This document shows, piece after piece, positions 50,488 to 60,327 of a stretch of DNA of 64,000 bases. Source of the DNA: an uncultured delta proteobacterium (lineage in GTDB: Bacteria > Desulfobacterota > Syntrophobacteria > BM002); assembly GCA_963712115.1 (NCBI GenBank), contig CAVQGX010000022.1, forward strand, positions 63,153 through 127,152, given 5' to 3'. Position 1 is the stretch's first letter. Every line of letters begins with the position of its first letter. The notes beneath the pieces are model-generated. The model saw nothing but the letters and a program-made list of their open reading frames with translations. It ran no database searches and was not told the DNA's origin. The position numbers and the translations under genes are program-made.

Positions 50488-51738
50488 CTACGGATGCAGT
50501 CCCCTGAGTAACATGGCCTCGGTTACGCGCCTGACCGCCACAATGTAAGAGGCCATGCGCATGTTAACTTTTTCCTTCTGTGCCAACTCCCAAACGTCGT
50601 CAAAGGCGCGATCCATAATGCCCTTCAGTTTGGAATTGACCTCTTCCTCTGTCCAGAAATACCGTTCAAGCCCCTGAACCCACTCAAAGTAGGATGCGGT
50701 GACGCCTCCTGCGTTGGCGAGGATATCGGGTAAATGGTATTTGCCCCGCTCAAAAAGAATTTCATCAGCGGCTGGAGTTGTAGGGCCGTTTGCCCCTTCG
50801 GCAATTATATCTGCTTTGATGCGGTCTGCGTTTTCCCGGGTGATTTGATTTTCCATAGCGGCAGGGATCAGGATGGAGCAGTCCAACTCAAGTAATTCCT
50901 CGTTGGTGATGTTGTCTGCACCTGGGTAATTCAGAACAGAGCCACTCTCTTCCTTGTGTGTTGCTAGAGCCCGGGGGTCTAGACCTTTAGAATTAAAAAC
51001 CCCACCCTTGCTGTCGGTGGCTGCAATGATTTTGGCTCCATCGTCGTGGAAGATCTGGGCAGCGTTATAGCCCACATTACCGTATCCTTGAACCGCAACG
51101 GTCTGGTCTTCCACCTTGCGGTTCAATCTCCGCAGCAGTGAATAGGCTGTAAATACACAGCCGCGGCTGGTGGCTTCATTCCGGCCTAGAGAGCCGCCAA
51201 CTGCTATGGGCTTACCGGTTACCACCCCGGGTTCGGCGTAGCCCACAGATACGCTGTAAGTGTCCATGATCCAGGCCATGATTTGAGGATTGGTATAGAC
51301 ATCCGGGGCCGGTATGTCTGTCCTAGGCCCGAAAACATTGATTAATTCAGAAGTATACCTCCGGGTCAAACGTTGAAGCTCTCTCCTAGACATTATTTTA
51401 GGGTTGCAGGCAACGCCACCCTTTGCTCCACCGTATGGAATGTTGACTACTGCACACTTCCAAGTCATCCACATGGACAGGGCTGTGGTCTCCGCCAGGG
51501 TAACATCAGGGTGGTAGCGAATGCCACCTTTGGCAGGGCCACGAGAGGTGTTGTGATGCACACGATAGCCCTCAAAGACCTCGACCTCTCCATTATCCAG
51601 CCGGATGGGTACGGAGACGATATAACATCTTGCTGGTTTCCGGAGTCTCCTGTGAATTGAAGGATCCAACTTGATGTGTTCAGCGACCTGATCAAGCTGT
51701 TGCACAGCAACGTCCAGGGAGTTGTCTTTGCCGCTCAT
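50488..51738 (-). CDS. gdhA: Glu/Leu/Phe/Val dehydrogenase (glutamate dehydrogenase)
   Basis: GPAKGGIRYH, GGAKGG, DIPAPD, GYGNVG, EGANGP, PDILANAGGV. Confidence 0.95.
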   Translation of the reverse strand: MSGKDNSLDVAVQQLDQVAEHIKLDPSIHRRLRKPARCYIVSVPIRLDNGEVEVFEGYRVHHNTSRGPAKGGIRYHPDVTLAETTALSMWMTWKCAVVNIPYGGAKGGVACNPKIMSRRELQRLTRRYTSELINVFGPRTDIPAPDVYTNPQIMAWIMDTYSVSVGYAEPGVVTGKPIAVGGSLGRNEATSRGCVFTAYSLLRRLNRKVEDQTVAVQGYGNVGYNAAQIFHDDGAKIIAATDSKGGVFNSKGLDPRALATHKEESGSVLNYPGADNITNEELLELDCSILIPAAMENQITRENADRIKADIIAEGANGPTTPAADEILFERGKYHLPDILANAGGVTASYFEWVQGLERYFWTEEEVNSKLKGIMDRAFDDVWELAQKEKVNMRMASYIVAVRRVTEAMLLRGLHP

Positions 51739-51919
51739 GGTCATTCTCCTTTCAAATAAATCAAGCGAAAGGCAGAGCGCATTGAGCGACTGAGGCATAA
51801 CCGTGGCCCTTCGGCCAGTTGGAGGATTGAGGAGCGCGAAACCGTTATGCCAAGCGGTTTTCCTCTGTGGTTACTGCCTAATGCTTGATTGTTAGTTCTT
51901 AGTTCCTCCTGACCTGCAA

Positions 51920-52621
51920 CTACCTGCCAAGCAGTTTGCGCAGATTCTTTTCCTTCCAGGATTGTAAATTGTGGTAATGTCGAAATCGTTCTTCGACCTG
52001 GCGGAACCTTTTGGTGTGGGCCATTTTGCGGCCATTGCGAGATTCAACTCCTAGATAGTGATGCAGCATTTCATGATAAATGATGCCGGTAATGACATAT
52101 TTGGGTACGTAGTTCCTGTCCAACACAGGATTAATCCTGATAATTTTGGTTCTGTCGGAGTAGCTTGCTAGCTTGATCGAATTTTGTCGGCGAACTAGCC
52201 TTCTGGGTCCCCAGGTTATATGGCAGTCTATTTTGTTGGCAAAATATTCTCGATTGACTTGCTCGAAAAGTTCCTTGAGATTGAAGTGACGTCCATTATG
52301 ACGAAGAATAGTTCTCCGCGGTTTGGCCGGGGCTTTTCTGATTTTGTTGTGGTTAGAAGCAACAAAACTTCGAAGCGGAGAAGGTGCTTTCTTTTTTCGG
52401 CCATTGATGTAGTGGGCCAGTGACCTCAGAACCTTGGCATCTGCCTCGAGGAACATGTGATGCAACCGGACTCTGTAGCCACTATTGGAGGTCCTGATGT
52501 GGATCATCGAATGGATGTTGTCGGTAATGGTGAGGTGGATGGGTCTTTTCACCAACCGGAGGAGGGACTTTTCGAGGTCTGATAACGCTTGCAAATCTAG
52601 ATTGCTGACGATGGAGCCCAA
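51920..52621 (-). CDS. SprT/M48-like zinc metalloprotease domain protein (copy 1)
   Basis: IIYHEMLH (HExxH) followed by H...F. Confidence 0.8.
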   Translation of the reverse strand: MGSIVSNLDLQALSDLEKSLLRLVKRPIHLTITDNIHSMIHIRTSNSGYRVRLHHMFLEADAKVLRSLAHYINGRKKKAPSPLRSFVASNHNKIRKAPAKPRRTILRHNGRHFNLKELFEQVNREYFANKIDCHITWGPRRLVRRQNSIKLASYSDRTKIIRINPVLDRNYVPKYVITGIIYHEMLHHYLGVESRNGRKMAHTKRFRQVEERFRHYHNLQSWKEKNLRKLLGR

Positions 52622-52666
52622 GATCGTTATCCTTCCTCCCCTAAAAGTGTTGGATGAACTTCTAAC

Positions 52667-52899
52667 CCGGATTATTTATAAATCCGTCAGCTTCATGAAT
52701 AATCCGCCCTTCGGGCCCTTCGGCTTCGCTCAGGGTCCTGAGCCTGTCGAAGGACTTCGACTCCGATCTTTCAGATCTCCGCTCAGGGTTAGCCTTGAGC
52801 GAGGTGTGAAACACCGGGTCGAAACCCACAAGAAAGCAATTTGCTTTAATGTGGGTGCCCATTCACGAGCCAAAGGATTCGTGAATGGGGCAGGCTAAC
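52667..52899. mobile_element. 233-bp MITE-like insertion present only in repeat copy 1
   Basis: CTAAC duplicated at 52662 and 52895; copy 2 reads TTCTAACAGAAAAG (empty site, 56424-56437); hairpins at both ends. Confidence 0.85.
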
Positions 52900-53035
52900 A
52901 GAAAAGAGCTTTCAAATGCCAGCATTAATTTCTATTTTAGCATGACGGGGAGTTTTCCTGTTGACAGGTTCGAATGGGTAGATAAGCTATGATCTCACAT
53001 CACACATCAGAAATGAGCTTTTGAGAGGTGGCAAG

Positions 53036-53458
53036 ATGGACCCAAAAGTCAAAGAGGCACTGCGAAAGCAAGTTAGAAAGGAGCCTTTCGCCAAGAAGCT
53101 AGGTCTGAGTTTGATCGAGGTTGACGAGGGCTATGCGGTTGTGGAGATGGTGTGCACCGAAGAGATGGAGAACATTTTTCAGATGATCCATGGCGGTGCC
53201 ATATTCACTTTGATTGATGAGGCATTCGAAATATCCTGCAACTCCCACGGTACCGTGGCTGTGGCTCTGAATGTAAATATTACCTACCACCGGGCTCCGT
53301 CACCAAATAGCACCCTTAGGGCGGAATCCAAGGAAGTCTCAAGGACTCGGAAGACAGGGAACTACTACATTACCGTGAAGGATAATAAGGATAATCTTAT
53401 TGCCAGCTGCCAGGCCCTTGCTTACCGCAAAGGGGAGAAGCTACCTTTCTTGGAGTAG
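53036..53458 (+). CDS. PaaI-family thioesterase (copy 1)
   Basis: N....IHGGAIFTLIDEAF hotdog motif. Confidence 0.9.
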   Translation: MDPKVKEALRKQVRKEPFAKKLGLSLIEVDEGYAVVEMVCTEEMENIFQMIHGGAIFTLIDEAFEISCNSHGTVAVALNVNITYHRAPSPNSTLRAESKEVSRTRKTGNYYITVKDNKDNLIASCQALAYRKGEKLPFLE

Positions 53459-53785
53459 GGGACGTCCCCAATCGCTCCAGATGATTTTCATCTATTCTAA
53501 TTGCCCTCTAACCAGAGCTATTTTAATAAATAGTTAAAATAGTACATTAAATTATCCTTATCTGGACTAAGTCCGGTTTTAATAATATTGGTATATTTGA
53601 TATTTGCATGGTTCGATTTTGAATTTTGTAATAGACTAACAAAAAGATAGGAATTGCGAATTTTCTAGCCCCCGCTCTGCTTGATAAACCTTGGCTAAGG
53701 CGAGAGTGGTCCTTTACTATCCTCAAGAGGTGCCGCCCTCTTTATTGTGCAACCTTTTAGAAATACAGAGATTTTTATCTAAACA

Positions 53786-55306
53786 ATGGACAGGTCTTTA
53801 GGTATTACTATGTGGAGACGATTTTGCTGCTTACAGGTGCGAAAGAAAGCAATGATGGTCTTCTTGTCAGTAACCATTTTGGCTCTGTCAAGACCTGCAT
53901 TCGCTGCTGCCGAGCTTCAAAGCCAACAGTTAGCCCAGGTTCAAGAAGAGGCCAGGAGGGGAAACTACAAGCTCATCACGCCAGGGTCCATGAGAGATCG
54001 ATTTCTCAAAAATCCCTCCTCTCTCTTTTTGGTAGATACCCGCCAGGACTGGGAGTACCAGCAAGAGTACATTCAGGGGGCGGTGAACCTGCCGGTTAAG
54101 CCCACCTGGTGGACTCAGTACTCTCCCTCGGCTCGGGCCGGAATGAAAAAGCTCCTCGGGCCTGACAAGAAGCGAGAAGTAGTATTTTACTGAGACGGCC
54201 TTACCTGAGTCCGCAGTGACTCGGCGGCTAGGTTGGCCGTTAGACTCGGTTATGAAAACGTCTATCGCTACGCTGAAGGGCTTCCGCAATGGAAAGATAT
54301 GGGGCTGCCCACAGTAAAAGGACAAATCTCCCTGGTGCAGCCCTCAGGAATCGGTGCTCCAGGATCCGCACTTTTCCAATCAGGCCTACTTCTGACTCTT
54401 GTGGGAGTCTTTTTTGGCGGCTTCGCTCTCAATCTTACTCCCTGCGTCTATCCATTAATTCCCATTACCGTCTCCTATTTCGGTGGTCGTGGTAGCGAAA
54501 AAGCTGGTTTCTTAGCCTTTCACAGCCTCTTCTATCTACTGGGCCTCGCTATAACCAACTCAGCCCTCGGGGTGGTAGCTGCCCTTACCGGTGGACTCCT
54601 GGGCTCGGTGCTCCAGCATCCGGCAGTGCTAATTACTGTGGGCGTCATTCTGCTGGGTCTTGCCCTGAGCTTTTTCGGTCTTTGGGAACTCAAGCTACCA
54701 GCATTTGTGACTCAGGCCGCTTCCAGGTCATACAGCGGCTATGGGGGTAGCCTGTTCATGGGCCTTACCTTGGGGGTGGTGGCGGCTCCCTGCATTGGTC
54801 CCTTTCTGATAGGACTTCTGACTTACGTGGCCAGCACTGGAAATCCCTATCTGGGATTCGTACTCTTCTTCACCCTGAGCCTTGGCCTGGGTATTCCCTT
54901 GGCTATTCTGGCCTTTTTTTCTGGAAGACTGGAGCGGCTTCCCCGCTCCGGGGAATGGATGATATGGGTGCGCAAACTTTTGGGATGGGTCCTGGTGGCC
55001 ATGGCTGCCTACTTCATCAAACCGCTGTTTCATGGACACTCAGCAGGAATCATAGTATTCGCCCTGGTGGTTTTGGCAGCAGGAGTGCACCTTGGCTTTA
55101 TTGATCGGACTAGGGGCACCTTTCGGGCTCTTGGCCTGGTAAAAAAGGGATTTGGTATTGCCGCCTTAGCCCTGGCAACCTACATGGTCATCTCCTTGAT
55201 AATGATCGGTCCGGGAGTTGCCTGGCAAGACTATTCGAAAGAAACGCTTGAGCAGGCCGTCAAAACGGAGAGACCGGTAATCATCGACTTCTATGAAAAA
55301 AAATGA
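53786..55306 (+). CDS. Rhodanese-DsbD/CcdA-(thioredoxin) fusion selenoprotein, copy 1, cut at the repeat junction (TsoB-like)
   Basis: ORFs 53786-54193 and 54233-55306 share a frame, joined by TGA-GACGGCCTTACC-TGA (VFY-U-DGLT-U-VRSDSAARLA); LTPCVYP and APCIGP DsbD-beta Cys; stops at DFY just before WCxxC. Confidence 0.88.
54206..54240 (+). promoter_or_regulatory. Two tandem SECIS-like hairpins
   Basis: UGAGUC-CGCAGU-GACUCG (54206-54223) and GCGGCU-AGGUU-GGCCGU (54224-54240). Confidence 0.65.
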
Positions 55307-55343
55307 AAAATAGGAGGAAGAGAGGAGAGAGTGGTGAAGAAGT

Positions 55344-55501
55344 AAAGACCTCGACTCTCATTATCAGCCGGATAGGTACGGAGACGATATAACATCTTGC
55401 TGGCTCCGGAGTCTCTGTGAATTGAAGGATCAACTTGATGTGTTCAGCGACCTGATCAAGCTGTTGCACAGCAACGTCAGGGAGTTGTCTTTGCCGCTCA
55501 T
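55344..55501 (-). pseudogene. Degenerate duplicate of gdhA 5' end
   Basis: Matches 51574-51738 with several single-base deletions. Confidence 0.8.
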
Positions 55502-55683
55502 GGTCATTCTCCTTTCAAATAAATCAAGCGTAAGGCAGAGCGCATGAGCGACTGAGGCATAACCGAGGCCACTTCGGCCAGCTGGAGGATTGAGGAGCGC
55601 GAAACGTTATGCCAAGACAGTTTTCCTCAGTGGTACTGCCTAATGCTATGATTGTTAGTTCGAAGTTCCTACCTGACCTGCAA

Positions 55684-56385
55684 CTATCTGCCAAGGAGTC
55701 GACGCAGATTCTTTTCCTTCCAGGATTGTAAATTGTGGTAATGTCGAAATCGTTCTTCGACCTGGCGGAACCTTTTGGTGTGGGCCATTTTGCGGCCATT
55801 GCGAGATTCAACTCCTAGATAGTGATGCAGCATTTCATGATAAATGATGCCGGTAATGACATATTTGGGTACGTAGTTCCTGTCCAACACAGGATTAATC
55901 CTGATAATTTTGGTTCTGTCGGAGTAGCTTGCTAGCTTGATCGAATTTTGTCGGCGAACTAGCCTTCTGGGTCCCCAGGTTATATGGCAGTCTATTTTGT
56001 TGGCAAAATATTCTCGATTGACTTGCTCGAAAAGTTCCTTGAGATTGAAGTGACGTCCATTATGACGAAGAATAGTTCTCCGCGGTTTGGCCGGGGCTTT
56101 TCTGATTTTGTTGTGGTTAGAAGCAACAAAACTTCGAAGCGGAGAAGGTGCTTTCTTTTTTCGGCCATTGATGTAGTGGGCCAGTGACCTCAGAACCTTG
56201 GCATCTGCCTCGAGGAACATGTGATGCAACCGGACTCTGTAGCCACTATTGGAGGTCCTGATGTGGATCATCGAATGGATGTTGTCGGTAATGGTGAGGT
56301 GGATGGGTCTTTTCACCAACCGGAGGAGGGACTTTTCGAGGTCTGATAACGCTTGCAAATCTAGATTGCTGACGATGGAGCCCAA
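55684..56385 (-). CDS. SprT/M48-like metalloprotease domain protein (copy 2)
   Basis: One amino-acid difference from copy 1. Confidence 0.8.
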   Translation of the reverse strand: MGSIVSNLDLQALSDLEKSLLRLVKRPIHLTITDNIHSMIHIRTSNSGYRVRLHHMFLEADAKVLRSLAHYINGRKKKAPSPLRSFVASNHNKIRKAPAKPRRTILRHNGRHFNLKELFEQVNREYFANKIDCHITWGPRRLVRRQNSIKLASYSDRTKIIRINPVLDRNYVPKYVITGIIYHEMLHHYLGVESRNGRKMAHTKRFRQVEERFRHYHNLQSWKEKNLRRLLGR

Positions 56386-56568
56386 GATCGTTATCCTTCC
56401 TCCCCTAAAAGTGTTGGATGAACTTCTAACAGAAAAGAGCTTTCAAATGCCAGCATTAATTTCTATTTTAGCACGACGGGGAGGTTTCCTGTTGACAGGT
56501 TCGAATGGGGTAGATAAGCTATGATCTGCACATCACACATCAGAAATGAGCTTTTGAGAGGTGGCAAG

Positions 56569-56991
56569 ATGGACCCAAAAGTCAAAGAGGCACTGCGAAA
56601 GCAAGTTAGAAAGGAGCCTTTCGCCAAGAAGCTAGGTCTGAGTTTGATCGAGGTTGACGAGGGCTATGCGGTTGTGGAGATGGTGTGCACCGAAGAGATG
56701 GAGAACATTTTTCAGATGATCCATGGCGGTGCCATATTCACTTTGATTGATGAGGCATTCGAAATATCCTGCAACTCCCACGGTACCGTGGCTGTGGCTC
56801 TGAATGTAAATATTACCTACCACCGGGCTCCGTCACCAAATAGCACCCTTAGGGCGGAATCCAAGGAAGTCTCAAGGACTCGGAAGACAGGGAACTACTA
56901 CATTACCGTGAAGGATAATAAGGATAATCTTATTGCCAGCTGCCAGGCCCTTGCTTACCGCAAAGGGGAGAAGCTACCTTTCTTGGAGTAG
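56569..56991 (+). CDS. PaaI-family thioesterase (copy 2)
   Basis: Identical protein to copy 1. Confidence 0.9.
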   Translation: MDPKVKEALRKQVRKEPFAKKLGLSLIEVDEGYAVVEMVCTEEMENIFQMIHGGAIFTLIDEAFEISCNSHGTVAVALNVNITYHRAPSPNSTLRAESKEVSRTRKTGNYYITVKDNKDNLIASCQALAYRKGEKLPFLE

Positions 56992-57318
56992 GGGACGTCC
57001 CCAATCGCTCCAGATGATTTTCATCTATTCTAATTGCCCTCTAACCAGAGCTATTTTAATAAATAGTTAAAATAGTACATTAAATTATCCTTATCTGGAC
57101 TAAGTCCGGTTTTAATAATATTGGTATATTTGATATTTGCATGGTTCGATTTTGAATTTTGTAATAGACTAACAAAAAGATAGGAATTGCGAATTTTCTA
57201 GCCCCCGCTCTGCTTGATAAACCTTGGCTAAGGCGAGAGTGGTCCTTTACTATCCTCAAGAGGTGCCGCCCTCTTTATTGTGCAACCTTTTAGAAATACA
57301 GAGATTTTTATCTAAACA

Positions 57319-59103
57319 ATGGACAGGTCTTTAGGTATTACTATGTGGAGACGATTTTGCTGCTTACAGGTGCGAAAGAAAGCAATGATGGTCTTCTTGT
57401 CAGTAACCATTTTGGCTCTGTCAAGACCTGCATTCGCTGCTGCCGAGCTTCAAAGCCAACAGTTAGCCCAGGTTCAAGAAGAGGCCAGGAGGGGAAACTA
57501 CAAGCTCATCACGCCAGGGTCCATGAGAGATCGATTTCTCAAAAATCCCTCCTCTCTCTTTTTGGTAGATACCCGCCAGGACTGGGAGTACCAGCAAGAG
57601 TACATTCAGGGGGCGGTGAACCTGCCGGTTAAACCCACCTGGTGGACTCAGTACTCTCCCTCGGCTCGGGCCGGAATGAAAAAGCTCCTCGGGCCTGACA
57701 AGAAGCGAGAAGTAGTATTTTACTGAGACGGCCTTACCTGAGTCCGCAGTGACTCGGCGGCTAGGTTGGCCGTTAGACTCGGTTATGAAAACGTCTATCG
57801 CTACGCTGAAGGGCTTCCGCAATGGAAAGATATGGGGCTGCCCACAGTAAAAGGACAAATCTCCCTGGTGCAGCCCTCAGGAATCGGTGCTCCAGGATCC
57901 GCACTTTTCCAATCAGGCCTACTTCTGACTCTTGTGGGAGTCTTTTTTGGCGGCTTCGCTCTCAATCTTACTCCCTGCGTCTATCCATTAATTCCCATTA
58001 CCGTCTCCTATTTCGGTGGTCGTGGTAGCGAAAAAGCTGGTTTCTTAGCCTTTCACAGCCTCTTCTATCTACTGGGCCTCGCTATAACCAACTCAGCCCT
58101 CGGGGTGGTAGCTGCCCTTACCGGTGGACTCCTGGGCTCGGTGCTCCAGCATCCGGCAGTGCTAATTACTGTGGGCGTCATTCTGCTGGGTCTTGCCCTG
58201 AGCTTTTTCGGTCTTTGGGAACTCAAGCTACCGGGATTTCTGACCCAGACCGCATCCAGGTCGTACGGCGGTTATGGTGGTAGTCTTTTCATGGGGTTTA
58301 CCTCTGGGAGTGGTAGCTGCACCCTGCATCGGCCCTTTTCTCCTCGGGCTGCTGACTTACGTGGCCAGCACTGGCAATCCTTATCTGGGATTCATCCTCT
58401 TCTTTACTTTGAGCCTAGGCCTGGGCATTCCTCTTGGCTACTCTGGCCTTTTTTTCTGGGAAATTGGATAGACTGCCCCGCTCAGGGGAATGGATGATAT
58501 GGGTGCGAAAACTCTTGGGCTGGGTGCTGGTGGCCATGGCCGCTTACTTCATCAAACCGCTGTTTCATGGAAACTCAGCAGGAATCATAGTATTCGCCCT
58601 GGTGGTTTTGGCAGCAGGAGTGCACCTTGGCTTTATTGACCGGACTATGGGCACCTTTCGGGCTTTTGGCCTGGTAAAAAAGGGATTTGGTATTGCCGCC
58701 TTAGCCCTGGCGACCTACATGGTCATCTCCTTGATAATGATCGGTCCTGGAGTTGCCTGGCAAGACTATTCGGACGAAAGGGTTGAGCAGGCTGTCAAAA
58801 TGGAGAAAACCGGTAATCATCGACTTCTATGCAGACTGGTGCGCTCCGTGCCGGGAACTGGAGCAAATCACTTTTCACCATCCTGAGATTCTCAAGCTGG
58901 CAGAAAATGACTTTGTCATGATCAAAGTCGACCTAACCCGCAAGGGCAATCCGATTAATGAACATCTCCTGCGACAATATGACGTCAGAGGGGTTCCTAC
59001 AGTGGTGTTTTTGGACAGGCAGGGCAGGGAGCGGAAGGACTTGCGCGTGGTAAATTTTCTGCCCCCCGACGCAGTTTATAAAGCACATGATAATTCTCAA
59101 TAA
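57319..59103 (+). CDS. Rhodanese-DsbD/CcdA-thioredoxin fusion selenoprotein, copy 2, full length but with apparent frameshift errors (TsoB-like)
   Basis: TGA at 57724-26 and 57739-41; single-base insertions near 58302, 58433 and 58806 relative to copy 1; C-terminal DFYADWCAPC...GVPT thioredoxin; true stop may be 59116. Confidence 0.85.
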
Positions 59104-59129
59104 AAGCAATTCTTAGAATGGAGAAAAGC

Positions 59130-59445
59130 ATGGTGAGAGTAAGATTCTTTATGAACGAGCCCAATGGAAAGCCGTGAAAGCATTTCAAGGAGATGATGCC
59201 CAGGTTGGGCCAGAAGTACGAAATTGAAATTGAGACCATATCCAAACCCAATGCGGAATACTTAACCGATGAGTATTTTGAGCTGGATCTGCCGGTGGCT
59301 CCGGCGGTAATGGTCGGTGAGGAAATCGTGGTGGAGGGCAGTGACGTTCCCGGAAGACAAACTTGAAACGGTCATTTGCCAGCACCTGGGAATTCCCAGC
59401 CCAGAGCCGCAGAAGAAAGGTCTCTTTGGGCGGGTATTCAAATAG
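59130..59445 (+). CDS. Small NEPxGxxU-motif selenoprotein (TsoC-like), thioredoxin-like, one apparent frameshift
   Basis: ATG 59130 with GGAG: MVRVRFFMNEPNGKP-TGA(59175-77)-KHFKEMMPRL...LPVAPAVMVGEE; removing one C near 59350 gives ...KKGLFGRVFK-TAG; hairpin GCCC-AGGUU-GGGC at 59198-59210. Confidence 0.8.
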
Positions 59446-59620
59446 TTGAGCGTTATTAGTCCTGTAAATACCCTCAAAGGACCATACCTGGAGGTTTGGC
59501 CCTATTAGATTGGAACAAACATTATGAGTGAGGAGAGCACTTTGCGAATTTAGGCAAAAGAGGGCTCGCAATGGGGAAAATTTACCTAAGGAATGCGGCA
59601 GGTTGCGGGAGTGAGGTACT

Positions 59621-59882
59621 GTGATGGAAAACGAATTAACCTCCCGAGATAAAGAACGGATTGAGGAAAGCATCCGGGGGAAGTATGCCAAAGTCGCCGT
59701 TAGTCCTGAGGGCCTTTTCAGGTATCCGACCGGCTTGGCGGGACTGAGAACATTAAACTACGATCCGAACAACCATCCAAACCCTACCGGAGAGTATAAC
59801 GGCCTCCTACTGTGGTGTGGGAAACCCTTTTGCTTTGGGACCGATTCGCAAGGGAGAGGCGGTCTTGGATATGGTACGATAA
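59621..59882 (+). pseudogene. N-terminal fragment of an ArsM-like SAM methyltransferase
   Basis: IRGKYAKVA.SP...F.YPTG..GL..L.Y then (frameshift near 59770) ASYCGVGNPFALGPIRKGEAVLD; breaks off before GxGxG. Confidence 0.7.
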
Positions 59883-60327
59883 AATACATAGCATTAGGAT
59901 GGGACGCTCTTCAATAAGTAAATCCACTCATTAATAAATTCACAACAATTTGAAGTCATTAACTAGATGGTTTAAGCTCTTTGCTGGCTCTTTGAGCCTC
60001 GCAAGTCAAAATAACCTCCATCAACTTTTATCCCCCACACCAGTGTCATCCACCTGTAAGCTGGTAACAGCTGACCCTTATCCGTGTCGGCAATCACAAT
60101 AATTAATATGCGACGTATCTAAATTATCTATTCAAATTCCCTTCTTATCTCGTTCTATTTCAATAGTGATTTCCGATATAAGTCATTGGTAAAAATCGAA
60201 ATTATCTATTTGACTTTCCCTTCAATCAGCCTTGTAATAGTGCAAATGTTCACACTTTTGAAAATCTCTGGATACACAATCAGATGGGCTTCCACGGCTG
60301 GTGAATCATTCAGAGGGGTTAAGCTTC

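Larger units (their letters stand above)
51574..55295. repeat. Tandemly repeated segment, copy 1
   Basis: Near-identical to 55344-58831. Confidence 0.95.
55344..58831. repeat. Tandemly repeated segment, copy 2
   Basis: Starts with an indel-rich copy of the gdhA 5' end; lacks the 233-bp insert. Confidence 0.95.

Noticed and set aside
51836-51856. Sigma54 promoter upstream of gdhA (TTGGCATAACGG...)
   Set aside because: GG-to-GC spacing is not 10 nt in either copy
59185-59691. 168-aa minus-strand ORF
   Set aside because: Shadow of the plus-strand NEPxGxxU and methyltransferase genes
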